Positions 24,284 through 36,717 of a DNA stretch of 64,000 nt are shown one piece after another. Both the position numbers and the translations under genes were made by a program. The notes under the pieces are model-generated. The model had not been told where the DNA came from. It ran no database searches and worked only from the letters and a program-made list of their open reading frames with translations. How positions within the stretch are numbered: position 1 is the first letter of the stretch; each line of letters begins with the position of its first letter. The stretch is taken from assembly GCA_037447605.1 (NCBI GenBank), contig CM074811.1, positions 1,798,001 to 1,862,000 of the forward strand, given 5' to 3'. This DNA is from Zygnema circumcarinatum SAG 698-1b (taxonomy: Eukaryota > Plantae > Zygnematophyceae).

Positions 24284-24789
24284 NNNNNNNNNNCCGCTTT
24301 GCCGGATGCAAGGGCTGGCCGTGACGTGACAACTTGTGTCACGTCACATCGCCATGGTTGCTCAAAAGGGAGCAAACTCACTCGCTCAACTTACTCTCTC
24401 TGAATGTTATGCTGCTCAACCTTCGTGTTAGGAAGAGTAGGCAGAGGCTGAGGCCTAGAGGAGTCCGGCCTTGTGTATGAAGGTCGTGAAAGGAACTAGC
24501 TCTCATCATGCTAAGCTTTAGTGAAAGAGTTAGATGGTGTGTCCCTCATGTGTTGAGGTAGAGGAGGAGTTCATGGAGGCAGTTAGTGCTTGGCTACTGC
24601 AGTTGGGGTGTAGGCTATCTATCAGAGGATAGGATAGTGCTCATGTGAGGAGGAGAATCTAGCTTAAGGGATTATGTAGATTTCCTAAAGAGCTTGTATT
24701 ACACTCTTGAAGGTTAAGGAGTTTTATGGCCGTGGGCTTTCTCCTTATTACTGCATCATTTGTCATGTGAGTCCTCGTGNNNNNNNNNN

Positions 24790-26202
24790 TCCTTGACCTT
24801 TTGGGGAGAGGCCATCCTCACAGCAGCCTATCTTCGGAACAGGTGTCCCTCTAACGCCTTGAAAGATGAAGGGCGAGTACCTGAAGAAATGTGGAGCGGC
24901 AGCAAGCCAACAGTTCAACACCTCAAAGTGTGGGGCTCCCAGTGCTGGACTACGATTCCCAAGGTGCAGCAGACTACCAAGTTCAGCCCAAGAGGAGAGT
25001 TTGGTTACTTCCTCGGCTACAATGATGATAGTCTGACCTACCGCGTGTGGAATCCCTCTACGAACAAGGTTATGACTACCCGAGATCTCCTTGTTGAGGA
25101 GACCATCACGGAGGCAGATCAAGCGAGGATGCGGCACTTACCACTCCCAAACATCGAGTTCCTCCCTGTGAGGGACACTCTGGGAGATGAGGCGTTCCCA
25201 CCACCTCCACCTAGCCCTTTGGATGAAGAGTTTGCAGAGCAGTCTTCCATGGCTGAGCAGCCATTGTGGTCCCAACCACTCTCGAATGAGCAGCAGCATA
25301 GCTCATCAGAGCTCCCGGGGGAACTGCCTAATGAGCTTTCTGACGACCCTAATATGGGCCCTATGGAAGATGATGCACCTTTGGCACCGGCACCATCCGA
25401 GGTACTGCCCACGGCTAGCCGTAGATGGGGTCCACACTCGGAGAAGAAGCAACGACCCGTCCGGGATACCAGAACCCCGGATTGGTATGGTGAGTGGAAG
25501 CGCTCCCCGTGGAAGAAGAAGGGCTCCACAAGGCGACCTCCAGAAGAAGTTGAGGAGAGAGTTCCGTTGGACTCTGCTGACTTTGCAGGGATGGCCATTT
25601 GTCTCATGGCCCACGTCGAGGAGCCTCAAACATATTCCGTTGCATTGGAGGGCGCGGATGTAGAGAAGTGGAAGGAAGCCATTGATAGTGAGCTAAACAG
25701 CCTTAAGGAGAATGGAACGTGGCGGTTGGAGCCGCTGCCCCCAGGACGAAAAGCTATCGGCTGCAAGTGGGTATTCAAGGTCAAACTGAAGTCGTGATGG
25801 GAGTGCTGGATGTATTCAAGGCACTGCTAGTACAAAGGGTTCCTCGCCGTATACCAAGATAGACTATTTCCCGGTGACCTTCGTGACCGTGGTCAAGTTT
25901 CTAACTCACCCCTGTTACTTCGATCTCTATCGCACACGAAGAAGGAATGCATGTCCACCAGCTTGGACATCAAGAGACTCGCTTTCCTATGGGGACCTCC
26001 AAGAAGAAATCTACATGCAGCAGCCTGAGGGGACTGTTGACAAAGGGAACAGACATCTTGTGTGCAGACTTGTTAAAAGCCTCTATGGGCTCAAACAAGC
26101 ACCGAGGATCTGGTACCAGAAGATTCATGACCTGTTGGTAGTGAACGGCTTCACTCGGTTCCATGCTGACCATTCAGTGTACAAGAAGGGGAAGGGAGGT
26201 GC
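24790..26202 (+). mobile_element. Ty1/copia pol fragment (integrase C-terminus plus RT), truncated by the gypsy B LTR
   Basis: FWGEAILTAAYLRNRCPS, GYFLGY, EEPQTY, KAIGCKWVFKVK, LQEEIYMQQPEG, KSLYGLKQAPRIW; in-frame stop near 25795; integrase-before-RT order. Confidence 0.9.
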
Positions 26203-26693
26203 TGTAATGGGAGTCCAGGTACCGGTCTGGCGGGTCAGCAAGGAGGCGTGAGGGGTAGAGAGAGAGAGAGAGAAAAGCCGGTTTCCGGGTTGAATGCCGT
26301 TGCATTCGCCCCCGCCCCTATACGCTTCCCCCGTCGAACCCTCTACCAGCATGAGGGACCGGAAGCAGGGCCCACCACTGGCGAGACGCCGCGTGGCTGG
26401 TGTAGCCCGTGGCGGATCGCCACGTGGAATATATGTTAGCGCCGTGCCCGAGCCGCCGCTGTTCGGGCGTAGTCGCGATATACGACACGCGATACGACGC
26501 GCGATATGTGCTATTACACGCGACACACCCGCTGCCGGGCTGGGCGCCGAAGGCGGCACATGGGCCCTGCGACGCTGTCCCCAAAGATGTTGTTCGCAAC
26601 CCGTCTCCACCGACTGATACCAAGACGGATTTGTGCCGCACGGAGATCTCCGCGGTGCATGTAGCGCCCCGGTGGCTGTAGCGTTTCGCTACA
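26203..26693 (-). mobile_element. 3' LTR (491 bp) of Ty3/gypsy element B with polypurine tract
   Basis: Minus strand: PPT AGGGGGGAGCAA (26694-26705), then TGTAGCGAAACGCTACA...CCCATTACA; interrupts the copia RT. Confidence 0.85.
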
Positions 26694-29168
26694 TTGCTCC
26701 CCCCCTAAAAAGATCGTGACGTCCTCGTCACGGGAGAAGACTAAGACAAAGGAAATTCGCAGCCTTCAACGGCTCACCGGTTCCGCCATGGAGGTCGAGG
26801 GCTCCTCGCTACAACCCCTCGGTCAAGTCCTTTCCGAAAGGCGCCGCCGGATCGCGCGGGACGCCCTCGCGGCACCAGGCTCAAGCCACCACGGCCATGC
26901 CTCCCAACAGGTTCACGCAGCTCTTGGCAATGGGTCAAATTGCTTTCCTCCTCCCACGCATATGTTCAACCCCATAGCCCAAAATTCCACTTCACGCAGA
27001 TACTGTGGCTGAGGTCCCACCCTTTCACGTCTCTGGGTCTGAATGGACTCGACCTCGCACTGAAGGCCTTCAATATCCACCGGGTGGAGGTGGTCGGATC
27101 CTCCCCGGGCTACTCAAGTAGCGCTTAGCACTACATGAAACACCGGATGTATCTTCATGTGAGCAGGTAAAGCCAGCTTGTAAGCGACTTCGCCAATGCG
27201 GCTCAAGACACGAATAGCCCGTGCGATGAACCGTGGCCCACAACTTCACGAGGTTCCCCATGACGCCCAGGTTGGCGGTACTGGCCCGACCGTCCGCTTG
27301 GTGGAGCGTGAGGCCCCCGGAATCCGTTTCTGACTCGACATAAGGTCTTACATTAGGAACATCTTTGCCCGGCGGTGCCACACTTACCTTGTTGCACAAC
27401 GGACATGAGTCGAGAACAAAAGATCTAACGGCGGGTGGGTGATCCCCCCCAGCTCCTCTCAAGCCCCAAGGGTCATCGTCCCGGTGGATGCCCACATTCC
27501 ACGAGGACGGTTGCTGATCCCTTGGCTGCAGGGGATTTAGAGGATGCTGACCATAATTCAGAAAGAAGGGGGTCGTACCGATTGATTCCTGATGAGCATT
27601 GTTGATGGCGTACTCCGCCAGTGGGAGTAAGGTATCCCACTCATCCGGCGTGGGTCCCACGTAATGCCGCAGGAAATCCTCCACAATGCGGTTGACCCTC
27701 TCCGTCTGGCCGTCAGTTTGTGGATGGAAAGCTATACTGAGCGCTTGCTTGGTGCCCACGATTTTCAAATTTCGGTCCAAAAGTGACCCATTGTCGAGGA
27801 TCCACAATAGGAAACAATGGTGGTGGCTCGCGCAGGCTCACACCTTTATGCGACGTAGAGCGTAGCCACCTCTTCCGCTGGGACTTAAATTAGGTGCAAG
27901 TGCACCATTTTCTAACGAGGCGATTCGACAAAACACCATAATAGCATCGTGACCCCGTGGGGTTTCTGGTAAATCTGTGATTAGGTCCATACCGATGCTC
28001 TCCCACTTCCGGAAAGGGGGAGTGAGTGGTTGAAGCTGGCCAGGAATCCTGCCAGTGCGGGGCTTATTACGTTGACAGGTTGGACAGGCCAGCACATATG
28101 CCGACACATCCGTGGCTGGAATTAAAGCCACCCAAAACTCTGCAGTCGCACCGAAGGTTTACAGCAACACCCATGCTTGGCCCTATGGGAGAGATGGAAT
28201 GCATCTCACTTAGAATGGCTGCCGATGCAGTGCCACACTTAGAACGACCCCTAGCTGCGTGTAGCGGTACCAAATCCCGTCTGTGGTATGACACTTTGTC
28301 ATATAGCCACTACCTGGCGGAGTCCAAGAACATAGGACCACCAGCATAACCCTCCCGAATCATCTGTCTAAGATCAGAGAGGGTAGGGGGGTCGACCGTG
28401 GCGCTGGTTGGGGTATCTATGGCTAAACACGTTGGGAAGGGAGAAGGTGAGTTGGCCGGCCCACCTTCTCGACCGCTTTGTTCCTCCAACACTCGGGTCG
28501 ACGAGCGCACCATCGGGCAAGATGGCCCGGACTCTGCGCTCAGCGGATGCGGCAACATTCAACCTTCTGGCGATATACCCGTTACTGCGGTCAAACCTGC
28601 GGAGGAACTCCGGACCCACTTGAGCTGTAGCCCACAGATTGAGTATGCATTTGGGGAGGAGGAAGGTCAAAGGGCGATGATGCAGCGTGACGGCGTGGCG
28701 GCCTACGCCCCCTCCAAATAACAGCGCCATGTCCTCAGTGAACAGCTTCGCGAGCAGTTCTGCTGGGATTTGCGAATAGTTCGTTAATTTGGTTTCATCT
28801 TAAAACATAAGCGAGGGGTTGGCCCTCCTGAAACAGGACAGCGCCAAGTGCGAACCCCGACGCATCGCAAACCACCTCATAAGGTTTGGTAGGGTCTGCC
28901 AACACCAACGTAGGTGCGGTGATGAGGGCGTGTTTGGTCCCCTCAAACGCCACCTGACATTCATCTGTCCGGTGTAGCGAACTCCAGATTTTGTGAGATC
29001 TGTAAGTGGAGTAACGAGCTTGCTAAATCCTTGAATGAATTTACGGAAATAATTAGCAAAGCCCAAGAAGGAACGCAACTGATGCAGATCCTTAGGAACG
29101 GTCCAAGTGGCAACCGCCGCAATTTTGCCCGGGTCAGGCTTGAGGCCGTCCGCTCCAAGGATATGTCC
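26694..29168 (-). mobile_element. Ty3/gypsy chromovirus element B internal region (RT end, RNase H, integrase, chromodomain), degenerate
   Basis: RSFLGFANYFRKFIQGFS, LACPTCQRNK, WESIGMDLITDLP, FHPQTDGQTERVN; frameshifted chromodomain EVESI...QYL/VKW.../WEEESNLTHCQEL at about 26900-27060. Confidence 0.85.
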
Positions 29169-30417
29169 NNNNNNNNNNGATATGTGTGGGTTAGTGCAAG
29201 GAGGGACAAGTAGTGTGGCACTGCTTTACATACCTTGTACTCATTCATTGAAAACAAGAGTTTTGGGCCGGCGGGGCTTTTCTCAATCTGTTGAGCTTGT
29301 CTTATGTCTGAAATGTCTGAGACTGGAGATTCAGGAGGAGGAGACACGGCTGGTGGTAAATCCATGGATGGACTTACAACAATAAGACTCGCGATGAGCT
29401 TGTACAAGTCATAACCAAGCACTACAAGCAGGAAGGATTTCACATCAAGATCGGCAAGCATAGCGATAGCCGCTGACTCTACCTGCAATGCTTTAGCGGG
29501 GGGAACTACGAGGATAGAGGTCTCTCTCTCCTCTGCTCTCTCTCCTCTGCTCACTCTCTCTCTCTCCTTTCTCTCTGCGAATGTCTTTACGGACGTTGCG
29601 CTGATGTGTGAGAAGGAGAAAACAGGCGGGGAATATCCAAAATAAGGGGCGGGATATCCCAAAATAGGGGGCGGAATAGCCAAAATGGGAGGGTAGGGTT
29701 TCAAAAAATCAAGGGCGGGGTAACCAAAAAGGGGGGGGGGGTATATAGTTCTCCAAAAAAATGGAAAAAAAAACACGCAACCCACGAGCCAGTTTCGCAA
29801 CCTTGGACTGTTCTTTGGCAGTTTTGTTCTTGTTCCGTAGAGCAGTTCAACTAGAACGCGGGACCATAGAACGGTCGGTAATCGGCTGCACACAATGGTC
29901 AATGCTCGTAAGGATTCGCCGTACAAATCCGCATCCACTTTGTTGACTTTGGTTTGATAAAAAAAAGTGGGTTGATCTGACGCTTGAGAAGTGGATCTAC
30001 ACATGATCGTACTTGTACCGGTCTGTTTCTGAATTTGGTGGAATCAACCGATCCTTTTTCAGTCAAATAGGTTGTCGGGCCTTGACCTCTAGCCAATGGG
30101 AATTCGCCACGTGTACACATTGCATTTTCCTTTTTAGACCTATTTTGTCTATTTTAGAATGTGCCCGGCGAAAAAAGGGGTGTGTCGATCCATAAAAGGG
30201 GTGGATTATCACTACCCTTTATAAATGCTTCATCGATTTTAAACGGGGTATTTTAAACGAATAAAACGCCCAATAATATTGTTATTATTTCAGATATGTA
30301 CGGAATACAAAACACGTACGGCCCGTAGAAGTTGTGACATAAGTCGGCACTCGCCGGACTCGCCGCCAATTGTTGGCCGTACTCACTCATCATGGTGTGA
30401 CGTCATCGTGACATGAC

Positions 30418-30594
30418 ATGCGCGCACGGCCCCGGAAGGAAGGAAGGAAGCGCTCCTCCTCGGAGGCGATCCCCGCTACTTTTTATCGACAGCGCATTTC
30501 CGTCGCCCTTCAGCGGTGCCTCGCTTCTCCGCTCCTTCGGCGTGAGAGCCGCGGTTGACGGGGACTGTGTCGGTGGCCTTCCGCCGCTCCCTCC
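30418..30594 (-). repeat. Inverted homolog of the 16814-17010 repeat
   Basis: See 16814-17010; adjacent 30693-30736 also matches 37015-37058 inverted (38/44). Confidence 0.8.
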
Positions 30595-31334
30595 CAGCGA
30601 TGTGCCGCACATCGATCGGTGACCGAGGGAGGGCTTGACGCGTTGTTGCGCCGCGGCGTAGTTTCTCTTTTGGTCCCTTGGGACCAGTTCCTCGTGGTTC
30701 CACATGCTACTTTTGTCCATGTACATTTGATGGCATCGCCACCGTGAGTTCAATGCTATTTTCCTCTCTCCTTAAATAATAATTTCAAACAAGCCATTAT
30801 TTAAAAATACTCGTTCAAGTTCAATTTAAAAATAATAATTATTTTACGGCCATCTCTATTCGGTCGGCGGAACGGGGGTGACGGCGCCGACAGGCGGCGG
30901 CCAAGGACGGAGGAGAGATTGCCACGTGGCACCAACAAACTTCCGGTGCCCAAAGATCCTGTCACGCGGCAGCACCTCGTTGAGGCACTCGCTTAGTGTC
31001 GGCCACGTGGAAGAAGCTCAGAGCTCTTCAAAAGAACAAAAAAGAGAAAATGACGGTTTTAGCCCATTTTCGGGTGCGAATATGGTCGCGGTCTCCAACT
31101 AAATTCTGCGAACCGTGTGTGCCGGTCTGCTGACGTACGCCAAACGTCAGAAAGTTCTTAGATTTTGCCGACCGTACATGAGAGCGGCCCCTTCCCCTGA
31201 CCCGACAAGGCCACCGTCGAATGCTCCAAATGGGCTCCGCAGCACCTGTAGGAGGGCGGGCGGCGCCGCCCGGGAGGAAGGGAGGGAGAGAGGGAGGGAG
31301 TGAGTGAGTGGGAGAGATGGGAGGAGGAGGGGTC

Positions 31335-34300
31335 ATGGCGGCGGGAGAGGTTCGAGGGGTCGCCGCCAAGAAGAAGATGACACCTCTTCCGGTCGGGCCA
31401 TTCGCAGCGGTCTCGATCATGTACTTCACGAACTCGCTCTCGCAGACGATCCTGTTTCCGTTTGCAGCCGTCATGGTGCAATCGTTCCATGTGACTGATG
31501 ATCCAGCCAAGCTCGGGTATGAATCAGCTTCGCCTTTTGTATGCCTGTTGTTTTAGCGTGGATAATTCTAGATGACGGGTAGTGTAGTTCATCAGGCGAT
31601 TGGCAATGTATGACGCTCAAGGAGGGGTTGGCCTCTTAAGTAATCCATGCCCTCTAATCTGATTTCTGCAAGCGTCTCGCCTTGTTGATCCCTATGCTTT
31701 TTTCTGAGCTCTGGCTACTCGATCTTTATCTTCTTAAGAATACTGCAAATTTTTGAAGACTATAAATTCTTGAGGACTCGGAAATGAGACTTGAATCTCA
31801 TGTTTTCAAAGGAAATTCTGTCACCTCTGCAGCATTACAGATACAAGCACGGGCCTGGTTTTTCTCAGTCAATCACATATGTCGTAACTGAAATGGAGCA
31901 TCCAACAACTTTAAATAGATTCTAGGATTGTTGCATCAGGATTATGTAGCGTATGCCAGTTCCAGTTCCTTTCAAGGAATACACATAGCAATGCTTTTTC
32001 AGAATGTCAGTGCCATCGGAGGCAATCTCTGAATCACTGAGTAGCGGTCTCAGCGTTTTGTTAAGCTGCACCTCCGCAATTCTCCAATATTCTGATTGCG
32101 AGGTCTCAGTTGTTCATCTCAGTTGACTTGTGTGTATTGTTATCGCAGGTACTATGCGGGCTTTCTTGCATCCTCATGTTTTGCTGGCAGCCTCCTGACC
32201 AGTTCACTCTGGGGGTAAGGCACCCCACTTCTGTCATACACGTCTGGTCTTTCAATACTCATTACTGAGCATCCTTGAGCGAATCCATTCTCAGGATGTA
32301 GTTCACTTCTGGATCTGTCGATCCCTTCCTCGTTTAAAGCATTAGAATGTTTGTTGGATCCTTTCCATTACCCCGTGACCTTATAAGGCAGAAAGATATA
32401 GAAAGCGGCGAATTGAGGAACGGCTATAGTTAAACCGTTTTTTGTCTTGCAATTTGAACGAGCTAGTCGTGCCGCTGGATTGGACTGATTTTCCTGCATA
32501 ACGCCTCGCCGGTAAAATTTCACAACCTTTCGGTCAAATCCGTCAAGTCAAAATAAAATAACAAAAATGAACACGATGTCACCACCCTTTGGGACCATCG
32601 ATTACATCGGCCGAATTTCGTAGGGCCAACGGGCCAAGTTTCATCTGTTTAGCTTTTGAATTTCATACCATTGACTGCAATACATTGGCCATGCCTTGCC
32701 GATTTCAGAGAACAGGAATTTTAATTTAGCATACCAGCATGCTACATTTGACGCCCCCCTCCTTCCCCCCCCCCCCCCCTTACCTGAAGGCAAGGAGTAC
32801 GCCTCAGTGACTCTGCTCAGCATCAGTCAATACTGTCGGAGGAATTTCAAACAGAGTCTGGAATGTGCAAAGTGGAAGAAAATTTACATGACCGCAATCC
32901 CATCATATTGTTGTTGTTGCACTTTTTCTTGAAAGTGCTTGCTTGTGCATCATCATCTTGCTTCCGCCCGGTGAGTTGATGGCTGTTTTGTTGGATTGCT
33001 ATCACTTCGGATTGGTGGATGTGCGCATAAACTGCATCAATAGTCTGATGTAGGCCGAGAGACTAAGTGAGGCCTTACAAGAGGCTGAGTTTCACCTATT
33101 TGCTTGGTGGAGCAGGATCCTCTCTGACAGAATTGGTCGCAAGCCGGTGCTCATGGTGGGGCTATCGTCGAACCTCATCTGTGCTTTGCTTTTTGGCTCA
33201 AGTCGAAGCTTTGCTTCGGCGATGGCAGCGCGCTTCCTGAGCGGCCTCTTCAGTACAATTCTTGCTACTGGAAGAAGGTAAGTAACATGCAAATGGAGAC
33301 AGACAGATTGTCCTGCAGTAAAAAAAAACATGAAGCCAATCTGCTTGCTTGTCAACGGCAGCCTATTCTTACGTTTTTTTATGCAGAATAGGGGAGCTAG
33401 AACAGAACATTTAGAACAGAACAGAGAAGTCAACCCACTAGAACAGGGAAGTAGTACATACATACGACAAGTTATGCCGTATGACTTCTTCATCAGTGCG
33501 CTCACCAATTCGATTTGGGGTTGATGTGCTGCAGCTGCGTGGCTGAGCTGTGCGATAAAACGAACCAAGCTCGGGCGTAAGTATATCTTTGATTTCCACA
33601 TTTTTTCATCCTACAGGGCCGTTTATGGCAGAGAGTCAGCTTTTGCAATTACAGGAAGTCAAAAGCAATGAAATGTCAAAATTTAATCCTAAAGTAGAGC
33701 GATGGAACAAGACATAGGAACAGGAGTTAGTGGATTACCACAGTGGTACAGAATGCAACATAATTTGCTCAAATATCTCTTTCGGGATGAAGTTAAACTT
33801 GCAATGTTGTCCACCTGTAGGCATTCACTGATCTCATAAAAGGATTGAAAGAACGATAAAACCTACATTTTGACCTCCATTATCATTCGTACATGGGTAG
33901 TGCTGACCTTTACTATGTGCTTCGAAATCAGGTTCTCCCTCATTGGAACCAACTATGGAGCAGGCCTGTTGCTAGGTGAGTCCGCTGCTTCCTCTGCACT
34001 CCTCATGCCCAGTAAAGGCGCACACTTTGAGTGGCCCGCTGACCATGGGCAAAGGATGTCCCTTCTCAGGACCGGCCCTGGGCGGCTTCTTGAGCGAGCC
34101 GGTGGAGAAGTATCCGATGATCTTCCGCAAAGGCGGTCTCTTCGACCGCCTGCCCTTCTTGCTGCCCTGCTTAGCACTGGCAGGTCTCAGCCTTATCGGC
34201 CTTATTTCAACGCTTGTGCTCCTACCCGAGACACTTGGACGGGCGAAAGCGGACAAGAAATACCATGTCTTGGAGGATAAGCCACAAAAGAAGACTGTTA

Positions 34301-36241
34301 GACGAACTAGTGGGAGCATCGACGGGCAAGAAAAGGTTGAACTCGAGCCAGACCAGGTTCTGAAAGAACCCTTGTTGAATGACTTAAGAAGAAGCTGTGA
34401 ACTGTCAACAGGCGGCGCTCTAACTGCTAAAGCAGAAGGCTGTGAAGTCAGCGATTGCGAAAAATGCGTAGATAGGCAACAGGGAGAAGGGGCCGCGGCA
34501 GGAAAGCTCATTGAGCCGCGCAGCTCATCAAGACTCCTCCGAGTGCTTCTCGCAAGGGATACAGGTACATTGGAACCTCTTGCTGGCTATGGACAGAGTT
34601 TATAGAGTTGTTTCATTGTTCGTTTTGTTGCAGCGTGTTTGCAGATGATGACCGAATGCAAATTGAAGGGTATGATTAACTGCTAGCTTCTCCTGTTCCT
34701 TGGTCGTGTATACTGTTTGAGCATGAACCGTATACGATGGATGCTGGGATTGTAGGGTCAATTTCTTGATTTGGCCTTTCCTATTGCATCTTGAAATGTT
34801 GCTATCGTACTCCGTGGTGAGAAGATTGCAAAATAGCGAAAAGGTGATCTGACAATTTGTCACTGTATTGATGGCGTCTCTGGGATCCATCAGTTGTGTC
34901 AGCTCTCATGTTCTGTGCGTTGGGCTACACGTCAGGTGCATTCAACGAGGTATGTGCCTTTTCGTTGCAGCTTCCCTCGCTCTTAAACTCTGTTGTGCCG
35001 TACCCGGTGCAACGTCATGCTACACATACATCTCTAACCGGCGATGCAGTTGTAGATGCAGGACGCAAACGAAAAAATGCTCTTGGAAGTTGGAAATCTA
35101 TAAGCTCGTTGAGCTTTTGGAAGGAACAAGTTAACTGCAAGGGGAAAGTAAAAGGGAAGAGAAAGATTAAGAACTTCACTTGGCCATGAGCGATAGTCGA
35201 CCATCTTTGCAGGTTTTCCCTCTATGGTGCATCACCCCATGGGACGTCGGAGGTTTGTCGTTCAATACGAGTCAGATCGCTTTGGCGCAGACAGCAGGGG
35301 GCCTGGCTCTTGTAAGATCTTAATCAACTTTCCTTTTGTGGCGGCATCAGCAGTCAGCAGTTACTCTCTCGCTTGCTCTGAGCACGTTGACATTGCCGTC
35401 ATCCATTTCAGCGATTTTTCTTAACGCCGGTCCTTGCAAGATGGTTGCAGGTTCCTCTGCAGTTGTTTGTGTACGCTCCTCTCGTGGTCCGCATGGGAGC
35501 AGTGAACGCATTGCGCATGGCAACTGCGAGTGGATTTTTTCTCATGCTTTTCCCACTCGTCAGAAACTTAGGTCAGGGTACTTTGGCATTGCAAGTCGTC
35601 CTTTCCGCTCTTATGACTTTCAGAAGGTACGTGATTTCCTTTTTAAGACAATGCTGCAGCTGGTCTTTCCTTTTGATGGCAGTGTCATCTGTTCACTCCT
35701 CACCACCATCAGCGTGGGATTCTTTGGTCCTATTTTTTCTGCATTTGTTGACGTTTCAGCAATCCAAGAGACTTGACCAGCGGAACGTTACTAGACCCTG
35801 AACTCAGGTTATGATCTACCTTGTTGTATAGCAATATTCGGTGAACCTTGACGTTTTGTTTTCTGTGGTCATGGCAGCTTTTCGCAAGCTGTGTCCACTT
35901 CCATCTTCATGCTCATCGCCAATAGCATCGAGGACCCGCAGTACATCGGCGCTGTGAATGGCTTCGCTCAGACTCTCAATTTGGCGTTCCGAGTGGTTTC
36001 TCCGACTGCTAGTGGGAGCCTCTATGCGTGGAGTACGAGCCAGCGAGGAGCGGTGCTGAACGCCAGTTTTTGGTTCATGTACATGGCAGCGCTCTACGCA
36101 CTGATGCTCGTCCTCACCTGCTTCCTCTCGCCTAGAGCGAACGAGCCCAAGTTCACCACAGTGAAGCAGGAACAGGAGGAGGAGGTGGAGGCGGAGGCTG
36201 CCACACAGAGTCCGCCCAAAAATGAAAGCACAGAGAAGTAG
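31335..36241 (+). CDS. MFS transporter, ZIF/ZIFL-like, copy 2 (tandem paralog); 10 exons, 561 aa
   Basis: Exons 31335-31516, 32149-32214, 33116-33277, 33535-33576, 33932-33975, 34070-34564, 34894-34949, 35213-35311, 35451-35626, 35878-36241. Same intron phases as copy 1; intact frame; introns partly alignable. Confidence 0.9.
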
Positions 36242-36650
36242 TGACGGACTCATTCTGGCCGTTGATTGGCCAAATCATCTTGTTTTTCGCAGCAAAATTT
36301 ACTCTGCGCACAATTTTTAGGAAATGCATTCAGCTGTGAATTTTTTTGTGAGAGCAGCTCGACGACATTTCCTTCGTGTTAGTGCTCTCCTTCCTAATTT
36401 GTTTATATAGAAGGTGACTGTCGATTTTGTAGATTTCAAATAAAGATTGTGGCAAAAGTTGAAGATAGATGGTAGCATAGGCAAGGGATGGGATTATCTA
36501 TTTGTAACGTGTATAATATAACAGTTACGAATCGATGTAAAGCTTGGATTGCTGATAGGAGAGGGTGCAGTATCTTGCGCTGCTCCTAATATGTTGAAAG
36601 GGTGAACCGTGTGCTGTGTTTGGACTTCGGATTGTACACCAGCCCCTCAG

Positions 36651-36717
36651 TAACCCCAGCCCTAACCCTAGCCCTAGGCCTACCCTAACCCTAAACCTAG
36701 CCTAGCCCTAACCCTAG
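36651..36717. repeat. Degenerate telomere-like tract (CCCTAA/CCCTAG)n
   Basis: taaccccagccctaaccctagccctaggcctaccctaaccctaaacctagcctagccctaaccctag. Confidence 0.7.

Larger units (their letters stand above)
18285..30217. mobile_element. Mutator-like (MULE) long-TIR shell, about 11.9 kb, filled with nested retroelements
   Basis: TTTATAAA|GGGTAGTGATAAATCCACCC... and ...GGGGTGGATTATCACTACCC|TTTATAAA. Inverted similarity runs about 90 bp and resumes (ccctcccattttggctattcc) at about 18390-18520 vs 29620-29740. No transposase catalytic domain seen. Confidence 0.7.

Noticed and set aside
28961-30004. 347-aa minus-strand ORF
   Set aside because: Crosses TIR sequence, a GA tract and an N gap; only 29234-29461 is exon-like
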